Shown: positions 43,375 to 52,130, counted from the stretch's first letter. The stretch is 64,000 nt of DNA from Dehalococcoidia bacterium (GCA_965207025.1 OZ242258.1:1061699-1125698); one strand, 5' to 3'. The notes: generated by a model from the sequence alone, not told the origin. Numbers and translations are program-made.

Positions 43375-45066
43375 ATGCCCCAGCGAATGAAGGCCGGCGA
43401 GGCGGTTATCGAACTGCTGCAGCAGGAAGGCGTCAGCAAGATATTCGGCATCGTCGGATCGTCTTTTCTGGACGTGCTGGATCCCTTGTACGACCGTGAC
43501 GACATGGAATTCGTGGGGGTGCGGCACGAGCAGGGCGCCGCGCTGATGGCCGACGGCTACAGTCGCATCGCCGGCGCGCCGTCGGTTTGCCTGGTGACCA
43601 ACGGGCCCGGCGTGTTGAACCTGACTTATGGCATAGGGTCGGCTTACGTGGCCCACTCTCCCGTTGTGGTTCTGGCCCCATCCGCGTCCCGCGACCACCA
43701 GCATCTGGATTCCACGCAGGAATTCGACCAGGTAGCGTTGTTCGAGCCCATTACCAAGGCCAGTTTCTCCATCAACAAGATTGAGCGGCTGCCCGACGCA
43801 CTGCGCCAGGCGTTCCGCATCGCCACGTCGGGCAAGATGGGGCCGGTGCTGGTTGACATTCCCCGCGACCTGCTGCCCGGCGCGGAGGTTGACCTGGACG
43901 TGCTGGCCCCCGCTGCGTACCGTACCGGTCAGGGACGCTCTCGAGGAGACCGCGAACAAGTTGAAGCGGCGGCTCGTGAGATCCTGTCGGCGCAGCGGCC
44001 TGTGATCATTGCAGGCGGCGGTGTGGAATGGAGTCTAGCCGACAACGCCGTTGCCCGGCTCTCCGAGCTTACAGGCGCGCCCATTGTTACGTCCTACGGC
44101 CGAGCGGATGCAGTGCCCAATGACCACCCCAACTATCTGGGCCATCTGGGACGCCTGGGGGCGCAGGAAGGCATTGACGCGGTGCGGAACTCCGATGTGA
44201 TCATAGCTGCCGGAACCCGGCTTGGGCAGTCCACCACCTTCTTCGACCATCGCTTCATTCCGGCGGACGCGCGAATTGTCCACATTGAAATTGATCCCAA
44301 GGAAATCGGGCGGATTTATCCAATTACAGTTGGCGTCGAAGGAGACGTGGGCGCCGTCGTAGAGGAAATCAACGCCATCGTCGCAGAGGCGGAATTGCGT
44401 CCCGATGCGGGCTGGACGGGTCGGGTGGCCGCCTGGAACGCCGCTCGCGCTGCTCGATTGAACGAGGAGGCGACCCTCACCGGGGATTACATCAAACCCC
44501 AGCGCGTTTATGCGGAACTGCGCAAGGTGATGCCCCGCAACGCCATCGTCGCGCTGGACGCCGGCCTCGCTCCCAACTTCGGGCAGGACCGTCTGAACTA
44601 CTACCAGCCGCGCAGCCTGATCATGGCGTTGGATCTTGGCGGCCTGGGTTTCAGCTTCCCGGCGTCGATTGGGGCAAACTTTGCTGCACCGGAACGGCCC
44701 GTGGTGAATTTCAACGGGGATGGAGGATTTCTTTTCAACGCCCAGGAATTTGAGACCGCCGTTCGTTACGGCCTGAAAAACATATCGGTCGTGATGAACA
44801 ACGATTGCTGGGGCTCGGAGAAGGCTTACCAGAAGTATGCATTCAACGAGCGATACGTCGGGGCGGACACGGTGAACCCAAGGTTCGACAAGTACGCGGA
44901 GCTGTTCGGCGGCGCGGGCTTCTACGTTGACCGGCCCGAAGACATTGCTGACGCTTTCGCCCAGGCCCTGGCGGTGGAGGGGCCGAGTATCATCGAAATT
45001 CCCACCGACCCGGACGAAATGCCGAGGCCGGCCCGCCTGGCGGAAGTGCAGGCGCCAACAACGTAA
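43375..45066 (+). CDS. Thiamine-diphosphate enzyme, acetolactate synthase large subunit/sulfoacetaldehyde acetyltransferase-like
   Basis: IFGIVGSSFLDVLD, HEQGAALMADGY, NGPGVLN and FNGDGGFLFNAQEFETAVRYGLKNISVVMNN (GDG..NN). ATG 43375 is preceded by GAGGTGG. The track start GTG 43363 is also possible. Confidence 0.88.
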   Translation: MPQRMKAGEAVIELLQQEGVSKIFGIVGSSFLDVLDPLYDRDDMEFVGVRHEQGAALMADGYSRIAGAPSVCLVTNGPGVLNLTYGIGSAYVAHSPVVVLAPSASRDHQHLDSTQEFDQVALFEPITKASFSINKIERLPDALRQAFRIATSGKMGPVLVDIPRDLLPGAEVDLDVLAPAAYRTGQGRSRGDREQVEAAAREILSAQRPVIIAGGGVEWSLADNAVARLSELTGAPIVTSYGRADAVPNDHPNYLGHLGRLGAQEGIDAVRNSDVIIAAGTRLGQSTTFFDHRFIPADARIVHIEIDPKEIGRIYPITVGVEGDVGAVVEEINAIVAEAELRPDAGWTGRVAAWNAARAARLNEEATLTGDYIKPQRVYAELRKVMPRNAIVALDAGLAPNFGQDRLNYYQPRSLIMALDLGGLGFSFPASIGANFAAPERPVVNFNGDGGFLFNAQEFETAVRYGLKNISVVMNNDCWGSEKAYQKYAFNERYVGADTVNPRFDKYAELFGGAGFYVDRPEDIADAFAQALAVEGPSIIEIPTDPDEMPRPARLAEVQAPTT

Positions 45067-45070
45067 GGAA

Positions 45071-45112
45071 TCTACCCCTCACCCCAACCCTCTCCCACAA
45101 GGGGAGAGGGAG
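45071..45112 (+). repeat. Family C post-stop hairpin repeat (best consensus copy)
   Basis: TCTACCCCTCACCCCAACCCTCTCCCACAAGGGGAGAGGGAG begins 5 nt after the stop at 45066. Its GGAGAGGGAG arm ends 8 nt before ATG 45120. Confidence 0.88.
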
Positions 45113-45119
45113 TTTGCTT

Positions 45120-45458
45120 ATGATGACCTACGACAACATCAAAGCAGTTGATGTCGATATCTCCGGCAGCTCCATAATCATCAACTGGGACGACGGCCAT
45201 CGGAGCATCTATCCCCACCGGATGCTGCGGCTGCGTTGTCCCTGCGCGTCGTGCGTGGAGGAGATGACCGGGCGCGCGCTGCTGGACCCGGACAGCGTGC
45301 CTCAGGACGTGCGGGCACTGGACTACATGACGGTCGGTCAGTACGCCGTGCAGTTCCTTTGGAGCGACGCCCATTACACCGGCATCTATACTTACCGGGG
45401 GTTGCGCGCAATCTGCGCCTGCATCGGGTGCGGCGAAACGCGAGCCAGCCGGCCCTAG
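45120..45458 (+). CDS. DUF971 (gamma-butyrobetaine hydroxylase-like N-terminal) domain protein
   Basis: INWDDGHRSIYPHRMLRLRCPCASC...VQFLWSDAHYTGIYTY is a typical DUF971 pattern. Confidence 0.8.
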   Translation: MMTYDNIKAVDVDISGSSIIINWDDGHRSIYPHRMLRLRCPCASCVEEMTGRALLDPDSVPQDVRALDYMTVGQYAVQFLWSDAHYTGIYTYRGLRAICACIGCGETRASRP

Positions 45459-45716
45459 CTAGCCGGCGGAAGTTTCAACGTCCCGCGAATCCGACTCGGC
45501 CGCGCTTTCCGCCCTTTCCCCTCTAAAAGTGGCGCCGGGGCGGTTGCGCAGCTTGGGGGACGTGAACGTATTTGATTTGAACGAAAAGTTGGAAATCTGC
45601 CGGCTGGCCGGCGCGCCGCACAGCTTGCAATTGATGGGATCGTCGGCGCGCGATACGGTGCGGATGGCCTCGAACTGCGCTCCGCAGACGGTGCAAATGT
45701 ATTCGTAGATCGGCAT
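45459..45716 (-). CDS. FmdB-family zinc-ribbon protein
   Basis: MPIYEYICTVCGAQFE...INCKLCGAP (CxxC..CxxC). Start chosen at MPIYEY. Its stop abuts the DUF971 stop with no spacer. Confidence 0.8.
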   Translation of the reverse strand: MPIYEYICTVCGAQFEAIRTVSRADDPINCKLCGAPASRQISNFSFKSNTFTSPKLRNRPGATFRGERAESAAESDSRDVETSAG

Positions 45717-45780
45717 AGACACCTCCGATGGCGAATTATATTCTAACTCCAAATTTCCCCCAGGACACAGGAAAGACGAT

Positions 45781-46911
45781 ATGGCTAACCAAGCAACGGA
45801 CGTGGTGATAATCGGCGGAGGAGCGGCGGGATGCGCTGCCGCTTACTACCTGGCGCAACAGGGCATCAAGGCAACCATCATCGAGCGCGAGGGGGTCGGG
45901 AGCAAGGCGTCGGGATATAACGCGGGAGGACTGAACCCGCTTGAAGGACACGGGTGGCCGGAACCGCTGCAACCCATGGCATTGCAGTCATTCCGGTTGC
46001 ACCAGGACCTTTGGGGGTCTTTGCCTGAAGCTACCGGAATCGACTATCACGGGAGGCTTTCATCAATAATCAAGGTGGCGTTGGACGAGGAGGAGCTGGC
46101 CGAACTACGAGACACCCTTGAAACCTTCAACAACGCCCCTGAACCGGGGTTTTCTGCGGAATGGCTGGAACGCGAGGACGTGCTGGCGCTCGAGCCCCGG
46201 GTTACTCCGTTGGCGCTGGCCGGCGTGCGGGCGGTAGGCAACGGCGCGCTGGACGGCTTAGAATTCACGCAGGCGTTGGCGGCGGCGGCGCAGCAGCAGG
46301 GAGTGAAAGTGGTGTCTGGCAGCGCAGTTGGCCTGCGGCTCGGCAATGGGCAAGTCGAGGCGGTAGTAACCAACGACGGCGAGATTCCGTGCGGCGCACT
46401 GCTCATAGCGGCGGGGCCATGGTGTCGCACCGCCGAGCAATGGCTGGACATCGCCATCCCAGTCGATCCGTTGAAGGGCCAGATCATTCGAATGAGGCCC
46501 GACGGGCCGGGACTTGAGCACGAACTGACCGGCGGCGGCAGTTCCATGTACAACAAGACCGATGGTTTGATCTGGTGCGGCGCCACGGAAGAAGATGCGG
46601 GATTCGACCTCACGCTGACCGACGAGGCGCGGCAGAGCATTACCGAAAAGGCGGTGCGGTTGATGCCGTCCCTCGCCAACTCAGAGGTCGCGCTGCATAC
46701 GGCCTGCTTGCGGCCGGTCACGCCCGATTGGCTGCCCATCGTGGGGTCGGCGCCCGGCTGGGACAACGTTTATATCTGCGCCGGGGGCCAGAAAAAAGGC
46801 ATCCTCCTGGGGCCGGCCATGGGCAAGGGGATTGCCGATGTGATCGCCAACGGGGAAACGGATATTAGCCTTGAAGGATGCGCTCCGGGGCGGTTCAGTG
46901 ATGCCAGCTAG
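45781..46911 (+). CDS. FAD-dependent oxidoreductase (DAO family: glycine/D-amino-acid/sarcosine oxidase-like)
   Basis: DVVIIGGGAAGCAAAYYLAQQG Rossmann motif, 376 aa. Confidence 0.88.
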   Translation: MANQATDVVIIGGGAAGCAAAYYLAQQGIKATIIEREGVGSKASGYNAGGLNPLEGHGWPEPLQPMALQSFRLHQDLWGSLPEATGIDYHGRLSSIIKVALDEEELAELRDTLETFNNAPEPGFSAEWLEREDVLALEPRVTPLALAGVRAVGNGALDGLEFTQALAAAAQQQGVKVVSGSAVGLRLGNGQVEAVVTNDGEIPCGALLIAAGPWCRTAEQWLDIAIPVDPLKGQIIRMRPDGPGLEHELTGGGSSMYNKTDGLIWCGATEEDAGFDLTLTDEARQSITEKAVRLMPSLANSEVALHTACLRPVTPDWLPIVGSAPGWDNVYICAGGQKKGILLGPAMGKGIADVIANGETDISLEGCAPGRFSDAS

Positions 46912-46926
46912 TTATTCGCGTCGTCC

Positions 46927-47424
46927 TTGGACAAGGTGGTGAGCCTTCCGAATGGTGAGCAGGATCCCTGGGAACAGCGGACGGGCATCCTCAACATACC
47001 TACCAGGTTGATCCGGTGGTTCTCCACCATCTTCACCGCGGCTTGGCTTATACTTACCGCCGTAACAAGCTACAACAGCGCCAGCGCCCACGTTGGAGCA
47101 AGTTGGGATAGTCTGGTCGTCGGCATCGTCAATGCTGGTGCACCCAACATCGGCTTCGCTCTGCCGACCGCGTACATCCTGACGGAGGTGATCGACATGG
47201 TATTGGGGGCATGGTACCGCCAACGGACTCGCGCGCGGGCGCGGGAGGAAGGGCTTGAGGAAGGCCGCAAAGAGGGCCGCAAAGAGGGCCATCAGCAAGG
47301 TATGAGAGAACAGCAGGAACGCTGGCTGCAATGGCTTGAACGACAACGAGTGGCTGAATCGAACGGCGCGCCTTTTAGTGAGCCGCCGCCCGACTTGGAT
47401 GGGGAACACCCGGCACAGGAGTAG
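46927..47424 (+). CDS. Hypothetical membrane protein with charged EGRKEG-repeat tail
   Basis: Two predicted TM segments (FSTIFTAAWLILTAV, IGFALPTAYILTEVIDMVLGAW), then REEGLEEGRKEGRKEGHQQGMREQQERWLQWLERQR. The start codon is uncertain (TTG 46927). Confidence 0.5.
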   Translation: MDKVVSLPNGEQDPWEQRTGILNIPTRLIRWFSTIFTAAWLILTAVTSYNSASAHVGASWDSLVVGIVNAGAPNIGFALPTAYILTEVIDMVLGAWYRQRTRARAREEGLEEGRKEGRKEGHQQGMREQQERWLQWLERQRVAESNGAPFSEPPPDLDGEHPAQE

Positions 47425-47428
47425 AACG

Positions 47429-49714
47429 ATGGCGACCAACGGAACCTCCGGCGCTTTGCGCGACATCCACGTGGTGGAATTTGGACAGTACGTCCCCGGC
47501 CCTATGCTTGGGATGTTGCTGGCCGACCAGGGAGCGCACGTCATCAAGGTAGAGCGGCCTGGCGGAGACCCGGCGCGCTCCGAACCCGCTTTCGCCACCT
47601 GGAACCGAGGCAAGCGTTCGGTGACTCTGGACCTGAAGACGGATGAGGGTCGCCAGAACGCGCAAAAGCTGGTTGCCCACGCCGACGTGGTCATTGAGAA
47701 CTTCAGGCCCGGCGTCGCTGACCGTCTGGGTATCGGCTACGCAGAGCTGGCCGCCGGAAATCCCGGCCTGATTTACTGCTCTCTACCCGGCTACGGAGAG
47801 GAACACCCCAGCCGAAATGACCCCGGTTGGGACCCGGTAATCAGCGCGGAGACCGGCTTTTACCCCGAAACCGGCGAAAGCGGCGGCGAGCCGCTCTTCA
47901 CCCCGCTGCCCATTGCCAGCACCTTCTCCGCGCTGCTGGGCTCCGTTTCGGTGGGAATGGCGATCAACGCCCGGGATAAGTCCGGCAAGGGTCAGCGCAT
48001 CGAGGTGCCGCTGCACTCGGCCATGTTTACCGCGATGGGCAGCCGAATCATCAAGTTCAACAACTACGAGTACGTTGACCTGTTCGACTTCCCGCGCACC
48101 GTTATGTCCCACCCCTACCAGTGCGCGGATGGTCGGTGGATTTACCACCACGGCATGTTCGAGCGTTTTGCCCGACAGACGTTGACCGCCGCCGGCAAAA
48201 CGGAGTGGATTGACGAAGTTACTTCACTATTTGGCCGGCCGGTTGACCCTGAGACGCTGGAGTTCTGGCAGGAGCGGTTCGCAGAGATGTTCCGGGAGCG
48301 GACGGCGTGGCAATGGGAGGCGGACATCAATGCTCAGGGCGGAGCCTGCACCGTCTGCAAGACTGTGGACGAATGGTTGGTGCATGAGCACGCGGTTTCG
48401 GCCAAGATGGTTGCCGAAGTGGATGACGCCGAGCGGGGTAGGATGAAGCAACCCGGCGTCCAGGTGCGGCTGCGCGGCACCCCCGGCGCGATTCAAGGAC
48501 GCGCTCCCAAGTTGGGAGAGCATACGGACGAAGCTCTGGCCGAGCTGGGTCGCGCCCCGGCGCGGCCAAAGGCAGGCAATGGCAGCAACGGCGACGTTAT
48601 GTCTGCCCTGCAAGGAGTGCGCGTGCTGGACCTGTGCATCATCCTGGCCGGGCCGACCTGCGGGCGCACCCTCGGCGAGTTCGGCGCGGACGTGATCAAG
48701 ATCGACGATCCGACTCGCATACTCGATCCAATCGGCTACATCGACGTCAATCGCGGCAAGCGCAGCATCATGCTGAACCTCAAAACTGAGGAAGGCCGGG
48801 GCGTGTTCTGGAAGCTGGTCGAATCTGCCGACGTGATTGTGGAGAACAACCGCAAGTCTGCCGTGGAACGGCTGGGCCTCGGCTATGAAGCGGTCAAGAA
48901 AGTGAAACCCGACATAGTTTACGCTTCCCTCAACGCCTTCGGCTACGATGGCCCGTGGTCCGAACGCGCCGGCTGGGAGCAGTTGGCACAAGGAACCAGC
49001 GGTATGCAGGTGCGGCGGGGCGGTCGGGACCGCAAGCCGATGCTGGCTCCTTATGCCGTCAACGACTACGGTACCGGCCTGATGGGCGCCTACGCAGTCG
49101 CCCTGGCCCTGCACGAGCGGAACCGCACCGGCAAGGGCCAGTCGGTGGACAGCGGCCTCGCGCTCACCGCCGGAATTTTGCAGTCGCCCTACTTCCTCGA
49201 CTATGAAGGTTACGAGCGCGCCGACATCGAAGGCGTGGATGCCCGCGGGTATTCGGCCCGATCAAGCTTGTACCAGGCGTCCGACGGGTGGCTGTACATC
49301 CACTGCCAGGACACTCAGACCTACGGGGCGCTGCTGGGTGAACTGAACTTCAGGGACATCCATGAAAATGGCGATGCTATCGCGGAGGCTATCAGCGCCA
49401 ACACCGTGGAACACTGGATGCAGACCCTGCGGTCCCTGGGCGTGTCGGTCACCCCAAACATGACGATGGAGGACTACCGCAACGATCCGGTGGTGCGTAA
49501 CGCGGGTTTCGTCGTGACGCGAGACCATCACGGTTGGGGCAGTGTGGACCACTCCGGCACTACCGCACGGCTCTCTGAGACCCCTCCGCGCCTGGGACCT
49601 CCGGCTCCATATTTCGGGATGCACACGGACGAAATCCTAGCCGAGGCGGGTTACTCTGCGGCTGAGATCGGAGCTCTGAAGGCATCCGGAGCTGCGGTCG
49701 CGCCGAGTCCGTAG
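47429..49714 (+). CDS. Tandem fusion of two family III CoA-transferase (CaiB/BaiF) modules
   Basis: Module 1 reads IHVVEFGQYVPGPMLGMLLADQGAHVIKVERPGGDPAR. Module 2 (from about nt 48600) reads VRVLDLCIILAGPTCGRTLGEFGADVIKIDDPTR. 761 aa from ATG 47429. Confidence 0.85.
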   Translation: MATNGTSGALRDIHVVEFGQYVPGPMLGMLLADQGAHVIKVERPGGDPARSEPAFATWNRGKRSVTLDLKTDEGRQNAQKLVAHADVVIENFRPGVADRLGIGYAELAAGNPGLIYCSLPGYGEEHPSRNDPGWDPVISAETGFYPETGESGGEPLFTPLPIASTFSALLGSVSVGMAINARDKSGKGQRIEVPLHSAMFTAMGSRIIKFNNYEYVDLFDFPRTVMSHPYQCADGRWIYHHGMFERFARQTLTAAGKTEWIDEVTSLFGRPVDPETLEFWQERFAEMFRERTAWQWEADINAQGGACTVCKTVDEWLVHEHAVSAKMVAEVDDAERGRMKQPGVQVRLRGTPGAIQGRAPKLGEHTDEALAELGRAPARPKAGNGSNGDVMSALQGVRVLDLCIILAGPTCGRTLGEFGADVIKIDDPTRILDPIGYIDVNRGKRSIMLNLKTEEGRGVFWKLVESADVIVENNRKSAVERLGLGYEAVKKVKPDIVYASLNAFGYDGPWSERAGWEQLAQGTSGMQVRRGGRDRKPMLAPYAVNDYGTGLMGAYAVALALHERNRTGKGQSVDSGLALTAGILQSPYFLDYEGYERADIEGVDARGYSARSSLYQASDGWLYIHCQDTQTYGALLGELNFRDIHENGDAIAEAISANTVEHWMQTLRSLGVSVTPNMTMEDYRNDPVVRNAGFVVTRDHHGWGSVDHSGTTARLSETPPRLGPPAPYFGMHTDEILAEAGYSAAEIGALKASGAAVAPSP

Positions 49715-49745
49715 TTCGGCTACTGGCGAAGATCACGTGGTTGAC

Positions 49746-49777
<32 letters not shown>

Positions 49778-49866
49778 TTTAGACACGTTCCGGCTCGTCA
49801 TGCGGATGCAAACGTGCCTAGGCCATGCTAAACTTGCGCCATCTCGCACCAGGCGGAGGTGGCGGC

Positions 49867-52077
49867 GTGCTAAGCATTTACAACACCCTGACGAAAACTG
49901 TCGAAGAGATTCGGCCGATCACGCCGGGCCGCATCACCATGTACACCTGCGGACCCACGGTTTACCGCTATGCACACATCGGCAACCTGCGGACCTATCT
50001 GATGGCCGACTGGATCCGTCGCATCCTGGAAGTTGACGGCAACGAGGTGTACCACATCAAGAACATCACCGATGTGGGGCACATGCGGCAGGAGTTGGCC
50101 GAGGCCGGCGGCGACAAGATGATTATGGCCGCGCTGGCAGAGGGCAAGTCTCTTCAGGAGATCGGCGAGTTCTACGCCGATTGGTTCTGGAAAGACGAGG
50201 AGCGGACGAACATCAAGGCCGCTCATGTATTTCCGTGGGCTTCTCACCACATCCCTGAAATGCTGGATATGGTGGGCACGCTGGTGAACAACGGCAAGGC
50301 TTACGAGGCCGGCGGCAACATTTACTTCGACGTCAACAGCTATCCCGAGTATGGGAAGCTGTCCCGCAATTTCGGCGGCGACCTGCTGGAGGGCGTTCGT
50401 GCCGAAGCCGATCCCCTCAAGCACGACGCCAGGGATTTCACTTTGTGGAAGGCAGCAGAACCCGGCCGCGACGTCAAGTGGGACAGTCCGTGGGGCGAGG
50501 GATTTCCCGGCTGGCACATCGAATGTTCCGCTATGGCTCACAGATACCTGGGCGAGCATTTTGACATCCACACCGGGGGCGTCGATAACGTTTTTCCGCA
50601 TCACGAGGACGAGATTGCCCAGAGCGAGGGCACATTTGGCCGTCAGCACGTGAACTACTGGGTACACGGGCAGCACCTTCTGGCCGACGGCGCCAAGATG
50701 GCCAAGTCCGCCGGAAACGTTTTTCTGATTGAGGATCTCGTAGTTCGCGGATTCGATCCGCTGGCGTTCCGTTACCTTTGCATGACGGTGCGTTACCGCC
50801 ACCGGATGAACTTCACCTTCACGTCGCTCAGGGCAGCGGAAAAGGCGCTGACCGGCCTTCGGAATCGCCTTTGGACCTGGCGCAACGCATCCGGTAACGG
50901 TTCGGGTCAACATACTCCCAGCGGTGATGCTGAAGTCTGGCGCAAGCGCTTCTGGGATGCGGTGCATAACGACCTCGACCTGCCTAGCGCCGTGGCGATC
51001 ACTTGGGAAATGGCGCGCTCGGAACTGGCGCCGGCGGACAAGGTGGATCTGCTTCTGGACTTTGACCGAGTATTTGGCCTTGATTTGGACCAGGTGCCGA
51101 TGCGGTATGAGATCCGCCCGGCCACCAGCGAAGCCATAACCCGCAGGGCAGCGCTGCGCGAGCGGTCGGCTTATGCGGACGCCGACGCGATGAGAGCCGA
51201 AGTTGTCGCCAGCGGCATGGTGGTTGAGGATACCGGCGCCGCAACCCGGGTGCGGCCTCAAACCCCACTGGAGTTGCAATCGGCGCGTTGGGCATCCGTA
51301 TCCGCGTCGCGTGAGGTTCCGTCGCTGTTGGGAGAAGCTGATCTCTACGACTTCACTTTCCTGCTGAACGCATACGACTATGTCGATGACGTGCGGCGTT
51401 GCGTCGAGGCTGTGATGAAGCATACGGACGGCGCGTCAGTCGAGATGATCGTGGTGGACAACGGCTCCACGGACGGAACCGCCGAATACCTTGAGCAGGC
51501 GCAGTTGGAGCATGCCAATCTGAGGATCATCCATTGCGATCACGTGGTGGGAGATGCTGCCGGGAAGAATATCGGCTTTAAACAAGCGCGGGGCAAATAC
51601 ATCGTCCTGCTCGATGCTTCGACGGAAGTTGTGGGAGATTTGATGTCGCCAGTTGCGGAACACCTTGCGGACCCGACCATCGGCGTGTTCGGCCCCTATG
51701 GCTTGACCACCGACGACATGCAGCACTTCCACGAAGAAGTGGACCGGGGCGAGGCCGACGCCATGCAAGCCTATTGTATGGCCTTCCGGCGGGCGGATCT
51801 GAGTTCAGTCGGGTTGATGCACGAATCGTTCCGGTTCTACCGGAACCTGGACATCGACTACTGCTTCCAGTTCAAGAACGCCGGTTATCGCGTGGTCTGC
51901 GACAGCGGCCTGCCGTTGGTTCGCCATGAACATCGGCAATGGGAAGAGCTGGAGGAAAACCAGCGGGACGAGCTGAGTCGGAAGAACTTCGGTCGTTTCC
52001 TGAGGCGGTGGGGCAACCGGCCAGACTTGCTGATCAACCCGGCAGCGAGAGGGTTTGATACAGGTTTCCGGCACTAG
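49867..52077 (+). CDS. cysS: Cysteine--tRNA ligase (complete, class I) fused to a C-terminal GT2 glycosyltransferase domain
   Basis: LSIYNTLTK.., MYTCGPTVYRYAHIGN (HIGH), GFPGWHIECSAMA, FPHHEDEIAQSE, KMAKS, and a DALR-like region FWDAVHNDLDLPSA. From about nt 51340 come FTFLLNAYD, MIVVDNGSTDGT and YIVLLDAS (GT-A/GT2 motifs). GTG 49867 is preceded by GGAGGTG. The track start is 49825. Confidence 0.85.
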   Translation: MLSIYNTLTKTVEEIRPITPGRITMYTCGPTVYRYAHIGNLRTYLMADWIRRILEVDGNEVYHIKNITDVGHMRQELAEAGGDKMIMAALAEGKSLQEIGEFYADWFWKDEERTNIKAAHVFPWASHHIPEMLDMVGTLVNNGKAYEAGGNIYFDVNSYPEYGKLSRNFGGDLLEGVRAEADPLKHDARDFTLWKAAEPGRDVKWDSPWGEGFPGWHIECSAMAHRYLGEHFDIHTGGVDNVFPHHEDEIAQSEGTFGRQHVNYWVHGQHLLADGAKMAKSAGNVFLIEDLVVRGFDPLAFRYLCMTVRYRHRMNFTFTSLRAAEKALTGLRNRLWTWRNASGNGSGQHTPSGDAEVWRKRFWDAVHNDLDLPSAVAITWEMARSELAPADKVDLLLDFDRVFGLDLDQVPMRYEIRPATSEAITRRAALRERSAYADADAMRAEVVASGMVVEDTGAATRVRPQTPLELQSARWASVSASREVPSLLGEADLYDFTFLLNAYDYVDDVRRCVEAVMKHTDGASVEMIVVDNGSTDGTAEYLEQAQLEHANLRIIHCDHVVGDAAGKNIGFKQARGKYIVLLDASTEVVGDLMSPVAEHLADPTIGVFGPYGLTTDDMQHFHEEVDRGEADAMQAYCMAFRRADLSSVGLMHESFRFYRNLDIDYCFQFKNAGYRVVCDSGLPLVRHEHRQWEELEENQRDELSRKNFGRFLRRWGNRPDLLINPAARGFDTGFRH

Positions 52078-52107
52078 GCAACGGCGGCCACGTCCGACCG
52101 AAAACAT

Positions 52108-52130
52108 GGGGCGAGTCTCAGACTCGCCCC
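52108..52130. terminator. Family D GC-hairpin between convergent genes
   Basis: GGGGCGAGTC-TCA-GACTCGCCCC (10-bp stem) between the stops at 52077 (+) and 52156 (-). It is flanked by AAAACA on one side and TATCAGTTTCC on the other. Confidence 0.65.

Noticed and set aside
46912-47694. 260-aa minus-strand ORF spanning the gap between the DAO-type gene and the CoA-transferase
   Set aside because: It overlaps the well-supported CoA-transferase N-terminus in antisense. The plus-strand 46927..47424 ORF has TM segments and fits the gap, although it is itself only moderately supported.
48227-49114. 295-aa minus-strand ORF inside the CoA-transferase fusion, with similar cases at 54885..55730, 62013..62561, 62730..63293, 35623..36240, 37008..37562 and 43276..43959
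   Set aside because: All are antisense to motif-supported genes and have shadow-ORF composition.
49870-51423. 517-aa minus-strand ORF opposite the cysS-like gene
   Set aside because: It is a mirror frame of a gene with unambiguous CysRS motifs. It has no motifs of its own and a shadow-ORF composition.
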